From contig JACQPN010000002.1 in assembly GCA_016207515.1 (NCBI GenBank), positions 12,350-76,349 on the forward strand: a stretch of 64,000 nucleotides of DNA, given 5' to 3'. The notes below the pieces were generated by a model. That model searched no databases, was not told the DNA's origin, and was given only the letters and a program-made list of their open reading frames with translations. Source of the stretch: Methanobacteriota archaeon (GTDB lineage: Archaea > Thermoplasmatota > SW-10-69-26 > JACQPN01). Positions 56,144 to 64,000 of this stretch are shown here, in pieces. A program made the translations under genes and the position numbers. The first letter of the stretch is position 1. Each line of letters opens with the position of its first letter.

Positions 56144-58306
56144 ATGCCCCGACGACGAAACGAGGAGGTGACCGATACGCCCGAAGCGAGGACCCAATTC
56201 AGTGAATCGCAGCTCACGCAAAGCTGGGAACGCTTCCTGCGAAAGTACGCCAAAGCGCTCATCAACGAAGCGGTCCAGGAATACCCGCAGAAAAGGAGCA
56301 TCACCGTCCGCTTCCTCGACATCGACCGTCACGACCACGAACTCGCCGAGTACCTGATAAAACACCCCTACCACGCCATCCGAGCGGCCGAGGCGGCGCT
56401 CAAGGCGATGGACGCGCCGTGGCTCACAGAAGAGCGGCCCAGCCTCCGTTTCCGCTTCGAAGGCCTCCCCGACAGTTACAAGATAGGCATCCGGAGCCTC
56501 AGGGCGGAGGACCTCGGGAAAGTAGTGGCGCTCGAAGGCATCATCAAGAGAACGACGGAGGTCAGGCCGAGGCTCGAAGACGCGATCTTCGAATGCCTTC
56601 GATGCAAGGCCAACATCAAGGTGTCGCAAGACGAGCATCTGACCTTCAAGGAGCCTTACGAGTGCTTCGAGGAACAAGGCGGGTGCGGCAGGTCGCCCGG
56701 CTTCAAGCTCATACAGGAGTCGTCACGTTTCATCGACCAGCAGCGCATCGAAGTGCAAGAGGGCTTCGACAAGCTGCGAGGCGGCGACCAGCCCCAGAAG
56801 ATAAACGTCTATTGCGAAGAGGATCTCGTGGGCCGCTTCTCGCCCGGCGACAGGGTCGTGGCCAACGGCATCTTGAGAAGCAGCCAACGGAAAGTCGGCG
56901 GAGCGAAGTCCACCGTGTTCGACCTCCACGTCGAAGGCATCAGCATCGAGCGCTCCCGCGAGGAGTACGAGGACGTGAAGATCTCCCCCGAGGACGAGGT
57001 GGCGATCGAACGGTTGGCCCAGGACCCGGAGCTTTACACCAAGATGATCGACAGCATGGCCCCCTCCATCTACGGCATGAGAGAAGAGAAGGAGGCGCTC
57101 GTCTTGCAACTGTACGGCGGGGTCGCGAAGAAACTGCCCGACGGGAACCGTTTGAGGGGCGACATCCACATCCTTCTTGTAGGCGACCCCGGTGTCGCAA
57201 AGTCGCAGCTTCTCCGGTACGCCTCGTCGCTTGCGCCGCGTGGCATCTACACGTCCGGAAAATCAAGCAGTGCGGCAGGGCTCACCGCGGCGGCGGTGCG
57301 CGACGAACAGGACGGGCGATGGGCGCTTGAGGCCGGGGCGCTGGTGCTTGCCGACGGCGGCATAGCGTGCATCGACGAGATGGACAAGATGGAGGAGACC
57401 GACACTTCCTCGATGCACGAGGCCATGGAGCAGCAGACGATCAGTGTCGCCAAGGCCGGGATAACCGCGCAGCTCCAATCGCGGTGTTCCATCCTCGGGG
57501 CGGCAAACCCCAAGCTCGGGCGCTTCGACCCGTTCAAGAACATCGCGGAACAGATCGACATGGATCCTCCGCTTCTTTCGAGGTTCGATGTCATCTTCCC
57601 GCTCACGGACAAGCCCGAACCGAAACGCGACACGGCGCTCGCAGCGCACGTCTTGTCGACGCACCGCGCCGGTGAGATAGTGGAGTACAGGAAGGGAAAG
57701 CCCGAAGGTGCCTACAGCGAAGCGGACGAGGAGCGTGCATTGTTAAGGGCAAAACCGCCGATCGAACGCGGTTTCCTTAGGAAATACGTCGCCCACGCGA
57801 AGAAAAGTTGTTTTCCGGTCATGCAGGAGGAGGCGCTCGAACGGATCCGTGACTACTACGTGAACCTCCGTCGCCAAGCGGGTGCGGAGGCCGGCGAGCG
57901 CGGCCCCGTGCCGATGACGCCTCGCCAGCTGGAGGCCATCGTGCGTCTTGCCGAATCCTCGGCGCGCGTGCGTCTTTCAAACGAGGTCCGGATCCAGGAC
58001 GTGGACAGGGCCATCGGTATCGTAGAGTATTATCTGCGCAAGGTCTCCGGCGGGACCGGTGTGATGGACATCGACGTCATAGCGACCGGTATCAGCCACG
58101 ACCAGCGGGAACGCATCAACATCGTGACAGAGATCATCCGTAGCCTCGAAGTCGGGCGAGACGGTGCTCCCTTCACGGAAGTGATCGCCGAGGCGGAAAG
58201 GCGTGGGATCCCCGTGGACAAGGCGCGAGAGACCGTTCTTCGGCTCAAGGAGCAGGGACGCATCTACGAGCCAAGAAGCGACCACTTCAGGCTAACGCAC
58301 GGTTGA
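56144..58306 (+). CDS. mcm: MCM replicative helicase
   Basis: N-terminal Zn-finger (CLRC...C...C), Walker A (GDPGVAKSQ), Walker B (CIDEMDKM), arginine finger region, C-terminal wH. Confidence 0.95.
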   Translation: MPRRRNEEVTDTPEARTQFSESQLTQSWERFLRKYAKALINEAVQEYPQKRSITVRFLDIDRHDHELAEYLIKHPYHAIRAAEAALKAMDAPWLTEERPSLRFRFEGLPDSYKIGIRSLRAEDLGKVVALEGIIKRTTEVRPRLEDAIFECLRCKANIKVSQDEHLTFKEPYECFEEQGGCGRSPGFKLIQESSRFIDQQRIEVQEGFDKLRGGDQPQKINVYCEEDLVGRFSPGDRVVANGILRSSQRKVGGAKSTVFDLHVEGISIERSREEYEDVKISPEDEVAIERLAQDPELYTKMIDSMAPSIYGMREEKEALVLQLYGGVAKKLPDGNRLRGDIHILLVGDPGVAKSQLLRYASSLAPRGIYTSGKSSSAAGLTAAAVRDEQDGRWALEAGALVLADGGIACIDEMDKMEETDTSSMHEAMEQQTISVAKAGITAQLQSRCSILGAANPKLGRFDPFKNIAEQIDMDPPLLSRFDVIFPLTDKPEPKRDTALAAHVLSTHRAGEIVEYRKGKPEGAYSEADEERALLRAKPPIERGFLRKYVAHAKKSCFPVMQEEALERIRDYYVNLRRQAGAEAGERGPVPMTPRQLEAIVRLAESSARVRLSNEVRIQDVDRAIGIVEYYLRKVSGGTGVMDIDVIATGISHDQRERINIVTEIIRSLEVGRDGAPFTEVIAEAERRGIPVDKARETVLRLKEQGRIYEPRSDHFRLTHG

Positions 58307-58399
58307 TGCGCCTCTGGCGCTTGGCGCGAAGCCATCTTCTACTGGCTCAACCTATAAATACAACGACGGCTAACCGGGCTCGCTCAGGTTCGTGATAGA

Positions 58400-58804
58400 T
58401 TGTCTTACGTTGATCTCTTGAAGCGCGGGCGAAGCCAGGTGCCGGACAAGGTGAAAGGCGACATTCGGTTCGAGATGCCGAAGGCGGAGACGCTCGATGA
58501 AGGGAAGGCAACGGTGATCTCCAACTTCAAGCAGATCTGCGATTCGCTCCGGCGTGACCCGGACCACGTCTTGAAGTGGCTTCAACGCGAGTTGGGCGCA
58601 CCGTGCGTGAATTCAGGAGGCCGCGCGATCATCCAAAGGAAGCTCGGTCGCAACGCCGTGAACGAGAAGATGGAGGAGTACTTGCGCGAGTACGTTCTCT
58701 GCAACGAGTGCGGAAAACCCGACACGCATTTCGAGAAGGACCACCGCGTCCATATCCTCCGCTGCGAGGCGTGCGGCGGGCACCGCCCCTTGAAATCGGG
58801 GTAG
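58400..58804 (+). CDS. translation initiation factor 2 subunit beta (aIF2-beta)
   Basis: 134 aa, TTG start; C-terminal C2-C2 zinc ribbon (CNECGKPDT...CEACGG). Confidence 0.85.
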   Translation: MSYVDLLKRGRSQVPDKVKGDIRFEMPKAETLDEGKATVISNFKQICDSLRRDPDHVLKWLQRELGAPCVNSGGRAIIQRKLGRNAVNEKMEEYLREYVLCNECGKPDTHFEKDHRVHILRCEACGGHRPLKSG

Positions 58805-58807
58805 CGG

Positions 58808-59104
58808 ATGTTCCGGGCAAAGGTCTACAAGCAAGGCAACGAAGTGCTCGTCGCCGCCTCGGACGACGACATCGTCGGGAAAGTCTTTCGCGAAGGGCGG
58901 CTCCACATCAAGGTGAGCGCCGAGTTCTACGGCACCGAGACCGTCGAGGCGGATTTCCTCCTAGGCCAACTTCAGGCGTGCACGATCGCGAACCTCGTCG
59001 GAAGACGGGTCGTCGGGTTGGCGCTCGAATACGGTTTCATCGATGCCGCGAACGTCATCTACATCGACGGCGTGCCCCATGCCCAGATGGCAGTGATGAG
59101 GTGA
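58808..59104 (+). CDS. DUF424-family protein
   Basis: 98 aa; KVYKQGNEVLVAASDDDIVGKVFREG ... IANLVGRRVVGLALEYGFIDAANVIYIDGVPHAQ. Confidence 0.7.
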   Translation: MFRAKVYKQGNEVLVAASDDDIVGKVFREGRLHIKVSAEFYGTETVEADFLLGQLQACTIANLVGRRVVGLALEYGFIDAANVIYIDGVPHAQMAVMR

Positions 59105-59108
59105 CTCG

Positions 59109-60137
59109 ATGTTCTGCGTGAAGTGCGGGAAGGAGGCGGAACTCTTCGACGCGCTCTGCGCGTCCTGCTTCATCGATGAACAGGACCTTCTCAAGGTCCC
59201 CGACCACGTGGACCTCGAGATATGCGCGCACTGCCACAGCAGGAAACGCGGATCCCGTTGGCTCGAGCCGAAAGGCGAGCTCAACCCCGCCCTTGAAGGC
59301 GCGGTGAAGGATTCGTTGACGCTGCACGCCGATGCCAAGTCGACGCTGCGCTTCCACGTGAAGGAGGAGGACCCCCGTAATTTCCTCTTCACAATCCGTG
59401 TCGAAGGCACCCTCCGGGGGATACCGTTCGCCCGGTCCGCGACGACGAAGGGCCGGCTCAAGTACGGCACGTGCACGAGCTGCAGCCGACGCTTCGGCGG
59501 TTACTATGAGGCGATCGTGCAGCTTCGCCGCGAGGACAACCCGTTGACGAGACCCGAGATGGAGACGCTCGTCGACCAAGCGTCCACCGTCGTCGAGCGC
59601 CTACGCGAGGAGGGCGACCCGAACGCGTTCATCCTGAAAAGCGAGGAAGAGCACGGCGGCCTCAACCTCTACATGGGGACCACGAACGCGGGCCGGATAG
59701 TCTCGAAAGCCATCCAGGCGCGTTACAAGGCGCGTCTAACCGAATCGCCCGAACTCGTGGGCCGTCGCGAAGGCCGCGACCTCTATCGTGTGACCTTCGG
59801 CGTGAAACTGCCCGCTTGGGGGGTCGGCAGCGTCCTTGTCATCGACGACAATGTCCTTCTTGTGCGTGGGTTGACCGTGAGGTCCGCCCGTATGCTGAAC
59901 CTCGACACCGGCGAACAGATATCGATGGACCGGTCGAAACTCGGCCGCGTGCATCTACTTGACCGATCCGCGACGAAGGAAGCGGTCGTCGTCTCCGAGA
60001 GCGAACGTGAGTTCCAGGTCCTCGATCCCGACTCGATGCGGACCGTCGATCTCAAGAAACCCCCCGGGTTCCCCAGGGGCCGCAAGACCGTGAAGGTCGT
60101 CCGCCTCGAAGAGCGGCTCCTGCTTCTTCCGGAATGA
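59109..60137 (+). CDS. NMD3-family protein (archaeal homolog of the 60S export adaptor)
   Basis: 342 aa; N-terminal Cys clusters (CVKCG...CASC, CAHCHS, CTSCSRRFGGYYEAIVQLR). Confidence 0.85.
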   Translation: MFCVKCGKEAELFDALCASCFIDEQDLLKVPDHVDLEICAHCHSRKRGSRWLEPKGELNPALEGAVKDSLTLHADAKSTLRFHVKEEDPRNFLFTIRVEGTLRGIPFARSATTKGRLKYGTCTSCSRRFGGYYEAIVQLRREDNPLTRPEMETLVDQASTVVERLREEGDPNAFILKSEEEHGGLNLYMGTTNAGRIVSKAIQARYKARLTESPELVGRREGRDLYRVTFGVKLPAWGVGSVLVIDDNVLLVRGLTVRSARMLNLDTGEQISMDRSKLGRVHLLDRSATKEAVVVSESEREFQVLDPDSMRTVDLKKPPGFPRGRKTVKVVRLEERLLLLPE

Positions 60138-60195
60138 AGGCCGCCCATGGATCCCCAAGGCAAAAGCTAAACGAGGCGTCCCGGATTCCCGCCCG

Positions 60196-60810
60196 ATGGA
60201 AAAAGCGGACGTCCTCGTGGCCCTCGTCGGCGTCATCGTCTTGGCGGCGGCAGGCGCCGGGATAGCCTTCTTCCAGGTCGTGCCCCAGCCCACGGAATTC
60301 CGCATAACCTGGGCATCGTCGCAGGTCGCCTTCGCTCCCCAATCTGGCACCTCTACCGGCGAGACGCCGGCACAATTCACTTTCAACGTGAACGCGACGA
60401 ACGTCACGAGGATCGATTTTACCGTGAGCGTCACTGGAGCGGGCCCACGCACCGCCGACGACACGGTGAGCGTCGAGGTGACGGGCCCGATGAACCGGAG
60501 GTTCACGACCACGGCGCAACTCACCGGGCAACAGACGTCGACGGTCGAGCTCCGGCTTGACGGCGAGTTACGCGCCCCGCCGTCGACGACGGGGCCGGTG
60601 TACTCGTTCACTCAAGGCGACGCCGAGCGCCAGGTCTTCGCGTCCTTCTCGGACACGAACGCCACCGGCGCATGGACCGTCCGCGTCACGGCGACGACCA
60701 CGGCGGCCGTCCCGAATTTCCACACGGAAGGCCACTCGATCGCGGTCTCCGGCGCGCTCATGAGGTTCGACGCGACGGTCACAAGCGCGGGCCCGACGAG
60801 GACCCGGTGA
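60196..60810 (+). CDS. hypothetical secreted/membrane-anchored protein (Thr-rich)
   Basis: 204 aa; N-terminal TM/signal segment (LVALVGVIVLAAAGAGIAFF), Thr/Val-rich beta-type body. Confidence 0.5.
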   Translation: MEKADVLVALVGVIVLAAAGAGIAFFQVVPQPTEFRITWASSQVAFAPQSGTSTGETPAQFTFNVNATNVTRIDFTVSVTGAGPRTADDTVSVEVTGPMNRRFTTTAQLTGQQTSTVELRLDGELRAPPSTTGPVYSFTQGDAERQVFASFSDTNATGAWTVRVTATTTAAVPNFHTEGHSIAVSGALMRFDATVTSAGPTRTR

Positions 60811-60877
60811 TGCGTCGCCCGGTTCGCTGCGCTGACCCGCCGTGACCTTCAAGTAGCCGCCCACGTCTTCGTCGCCG

Positions 60878-61978
60878 TTGAACGCGACGGCCCCGGAGTT
60901 CCATAATCTCAGGGAGGTGGAGGCCCTCGCACGGTCCATGCTCTCGCAGACCGCGTACGATTACGTCATCGGTGGAAGCGGCGACGAAAGGAGCGTGCGC
61001 GAGAACGAGGCCGGTTACGCGCGGTTGAGGCTCGTCCATCGGGTCCTACGGGACGTTTCCCGCCGCGATTGTTCGACCCGGGTCCTCGGCCAGCGCATCT
61101 CACTGCCCGCGATGGTCGCCCCCACGGCCTTCCACAAGTTGATGCATGCTGAAGGCGAGGAGGCAAGTGCTCGCGGGGCGGCGGCCGCCGGAACCGTTTT
61201 CATCGCCAGCACTCTTTCGAACACATCGCTTGAGGCCATTGCGTCCGCCGCGGCGGGGCCCAAATGGTTCCAACTCTACGTCTACCGTGATAAAAAACTG
61301 ACAGAGTCGCTCGTCTCGCGCGCTGCGTCCTCCGGGTACAAGGCGCTGGTGCTCACGGTGGACACGCCGACGTGGGGAAGAAGAGAGCGGGACCTGCGAA
61401 ACCGCTTCACGCTTCCACAGGGCCTGCAGCTTGCGAACTTCACCGGAATCCCCGCTGGACGTCTCTCGGCCGCCAAGGAGGGAAAGAGCGGTCTCGCCGC
61501 GTACCTTGACGAGCAGAGGAAACCGGACCTCACATGGGCGGACGTCGAGTGGCTTAAGGACGTATCGGGGCTCCCGATCGTCCTCAAGGGCATCGTGCAT
61601 CCCGACGACGCGAAGGCGGCGGTCGAACATGGAGCGGCCGCGATCATCGTCTCCAACCACGGTGGGCGCCAACTCGACGCCGGGGTGGCCACGATCGACC
61701 TGCTCCCCGGGGTCGTCGCCGCCGTCGATGGGAGGTGCGAGGTCTACGTCGATGGCGGCGTGAGGCGGGGCACGGACGTGTTGATCGCGCTAGCACTCGG
61801 CGCAGATGCGGTGCTCATCGGGCGACCGATCCTTTGGAGCCTCGCGATCGCCGGCGAGGCGGGCGTCGAGCGCGCGTTGAGGCTTCTACGCGACGAGTTC
61901 GACTCGGCGATGGCGCTTGCGGGATTCAAGTCGCCAGACGAGGTCACGAAGGATGCGGTCCGCGCTTCGCCGCTCTGA
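60878..61978 (+). CDS. FMN-dependent alpha-hydroxy acid dehydrogenase/oxidase (lactate/glycolate oxidase family)
   Basis: 366 aa, TTG start; motifs AYDY, LTVDTPTWGRRERDLRN, IVSNHGGRQLD, C-terminal TIM-barrel FMN-binding region. Confidence 0.85.
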   Translation: MNATAPEFHNLREVEALARSMLSQTAYDYVIGGSGDERSVRENEAGYARLRLVHRVLRDVSRRDCSTRVLGQRISLPAMVAPTAFHKLMHAEGEEASARGAAAAGTVFIASTLSNTSLEAIASAAAGPKWFQLYVYRDKKLTESLVSRAASSGYKALVLTVDTPTWGRRERDLRNRFTLPQGLQLANFTGIPAGRLSAAKEGKSGLAAYLDEQRKPDLTWADVEWLKDVSGLPIVLKGIVHPDDAKAAVEHGAAAIIVSNHGGRQLDAGVATIDLLPGVVAAVDGRCEVYVDGGVRRGTDVLIALALGADAVLIGRPILWSLAIAGEAGVERALRLLRDEFDSAMALAGFKSPDEVTKDAVRASPL

Positions 61979-61989
61979 CGAGGCCTACG

Positions 61990-62880
61990 TCAGAGTTCAA
62001 CGGAGATCCGGTAGACCTTTTCCGGGTTTTCCTTGTGTATTTTCCAGAGTGCGTCGGTCGCGAAGATCCCCTTTTCGACGAGTTCATTAGAGCGGCGCGG
62101 CACGGTCTTCGGTCCCAATACCGCGCCCGTCGCGGTCCCAGGAAGGATCTTTCCATCTTCCATCCGCGGTTCGTCCGTGTAATCCGTCTCCATCATGAAG
62201 CGCGTCCCCTGGCGGGCCGCTTCTTCCGCCTGTCCCTTCCCCACGATGACGCTTGGGAAAAGGCCGTGGTTCAGCTTCTCGTCGACGATCGCGGGCGAGT
62301 AATGTTTCACCATCCGCTCCACCGGGAATCCGACTTCCCTTCCGATGCGGGCAAGATCTGCGAAGACTTCGGGCGTCGCCGACTCGGTGTGAAGTATCGG
62401 CGCCACGCCAAGGTCGCGGCACAGTTCCAATTCGAGACGCATGAGGTCGTTGCTTACCCGCCCGACATCCTCGCTCACGGGGTAGTGAGGGCGCCCCGCC
62501 TCCCCCATCGCGACCGCCTTCCCTTCGCGGACGAGCTCGGCGGCGCGGCGTATGGCGGCCTCCATCACGATGCGTGACTCCTCAAGGCTCATCCCCGTCT
62601 TCATCATCTCGGTGAGTTCCGCCGGATGTGGGCAGAGTGCTACGAAGACGGTCACGCCCTCGACGCTTCGGGCGATCTCCGCGAGGCGAAGTGTGACATC
62701 GAGCGCCTCGTGTTGCTTTTCGACGGTGTTTGCGACCGTGCGCCCGTAGGGTTTGTGAACGAGCATCATGTGCGTCCCCCCGGCGCGGACGAACTCTTTC
62801 ACGGCCTCCGCTTTCCGACCGTCGGGGTCAAGGTGGAAGTGGTTGTCGAAGACGGGGTAGGCCGGCCGGGGCGGACGCAT
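61990..62880 (-). CDS. TatD-family metal-dependent hydrolase
   Basis: ORF 61990..62916; FDNHFHLDP N-terminal metal-binding motif; start placed at ATG 62880. Confidence 0.7.
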   Translation of the reverse strand: MRPPRPAYPVFDNHFHLDPDGRKAEAVKEFVRAGGTHMMLVHKPYGRTVANTVEKQHEALDVTLRLAEIARSVEGVTVFVALCPHPAELTEMMKTGMSLEESRIVMEAAIRRAAELVREGKAVAMGEAGRPHYPVSEDVGRVSNDLMRLELELCRDLGVAPILHTESATPEVFADLARIGREVGFPVERMVKHYSPAIVDEKLNHGLFPSVIVGKGQAEEAARQGTRFMMETDYTDEPRMEDGKILPGTATGAVLGPKTVPRRSNELVEKGIFATDALWKIHKENPEKVYRISVEL

Positions 62881-63189
62881 TGCCCAGCAACCGCCGAACG
62901 GGATTAAACGTTGCATGAATCATTGTTCGGTTTTTCCCCACCAGGACCGGTGGTTTTACGTTCCTAATTTCGATGCATGCGTAGTCGGTTAAGCCCATGT
63001 CTCCCTTATGAACTCACTCCTGTGGGGCGCGCATTGCACCTGGAGGCCTCCGGCGAGCGCGATCGCTTCAAGGCCGCACAATGTGCCGGCGCCTCCTGAG
63101 AAAGCCGGCGGTTCACAACGTTTGACGCAAATCCTCCTTATAAGCAAGGTTTCCTTAACCGACAACGGATGAATTTCGATGGGGTGTTC

Positions 63190-64000
63190 ATGAGGGCCGT
63201 CCCGGCTTGTCTCGTGGTCCTTGGGGTCACGCTAGGCGGTTGCGTCCAGAGTATTGACGGATCCCGAGACACGGTAGTTTTTCCGTGGTGGGTGGCCCCG
63301 GCCAATGTGACGATCGAACTTCGGATGTCAGACCATTTCGTTCCGTACGGAGGAGACCTGACGACCACGGTCGTGGTCACTAACCACGGTCCCGGGGCAG
63401 TTGAATACCCATGGAGTTGCGGCGGCGCACCGTTCCTGTGGTTCGAGGTCATGAATGGTTCCCGCGTGATCGATGGAGAAGACCTGGTTGCATGTACCGT
63501 CCCGGCAAAGTCGCCCCTACGGGTTCTTGCACCGGGAGCATCCGCAGAACATACGCGGCGGTTCGAGGGCCGCTGGTTTGGGGCGGTGCCCGAAAACCTT
63601 GCGCCCGGGGGTGAATATCGCGTCGTGGGAAGGTTCGGCTACTGGCCCGTTCTGACTTACGATCCGAATGTCGCGGCCACGGTACGTGAGGCGAACTCGA
63701 CCTTCGTGTGGGAGGGATGGAATGCAACGAAGCACACTCCGCAATTCCGGTTCTGGCTTGATTCCAACGAGACCGAGTTCTTCCCAGGCACGTCGGTTGC
63801 GATTGTGGCGCATCTTCAGAACACTTGGGACAAGGCCATTCTCGTGAATACGGCCTGCGATAATCCGTGGGTCGTCTTCAAACTCCACCGTGGAATCGTT
63901 CAATTGGGTGCAATGGAGTCTGGTCTAAGATGCCTCGCTCGGACTCCGGTCGTCGTTGAACCGGGGGCCTTTCTCGAACATTCATTTAGTTGGAACGGGA
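63190..64000 (+). CDS. secreted lipoprotein with two repeated beta-sandwich-like domains (3' partial, runs off window)
   Basis: Not in ORF track (no stop inside window); hand translation from ATG 63190 gives MRAVPACLVVLGVTLGGC... open to position 64000; internal repeat V.VTNHG...YPWSCGG / IVAHLQN...NTACDNPW. Confidence 0.6.
   Translation, partial: MRAVPACLVVLGVTLGGCVQSIDGSRDTVVFPWWVAPANVTIELRMSDHFVPYGGDLTTTVVVTNHGPGAVEYPWSCGGAPFLWFEVMNGSRVIDGEDLVACTVPAKSPLRVLAPGASAEHTRRFEGRWFGAVPENLAPGGEYRVVGRFGYWPVLTYDPNVAATVREANSTFVWEGWNATKHTPQFRFWLDSNETEFFPGTSVAIVAHLQNTWDKAILVNTACDNPWVVFKLHRGIVQLGAMESGLRCLARTPVVVEPGAFLEHSFSWNG

Noticed and set aside
1-64000. Search for rRNA, tRNA and integrase/transposase genes
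   Set aside because: No rRNA-like conserved stretches, no convincing tRNA cloverleaf, and no transposase or integrase-like ORF seen; this is by-eye only and should be confirmed with tRNAscan-SE or Infernal.

Overview
High-G+C archaeal chromosomal window, judged archaeal from gene content (Spt5, archaeal-type AspRS, RFC large subunit with C-terminal PIP-like tail, thermosome, RpoK, MCM, aIF2-beta, NMD3, AMP phosphorylase). It is densely coding, with many 4-nt stop/start overlaps and frequent GTG/TTG starts. I found no rRNA, tRNA or CRISPR array by eye. Content is a mix of housekeeping genes (thiolase plus a DUF35-type partner, PurF, DRG GTPase, SpoU methyltransferase, Hsp20), many secreted or surface proteins (Kelch/FN3, a ~1380-aa multi-PKD protein, a beta-helix protein, two BNR/Asp-box lipoproteins), four toxin-antitoxin-like modules, and a small lower-G+C islet carrying gene remnants. 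The most unusual feature is an ~8.4 kb same-strand tandem array (37039-45417) of paralogous polytopic membrane-protein genes with divergent N-terminal transmembrane domains and a conserved C-terminal module; I could not assign it to a known family from sequence alone. All calls rest on reading the supplied six-frame translations and the DNA; no database search was run, so family names are motif-based recognition and start codons are approximate.
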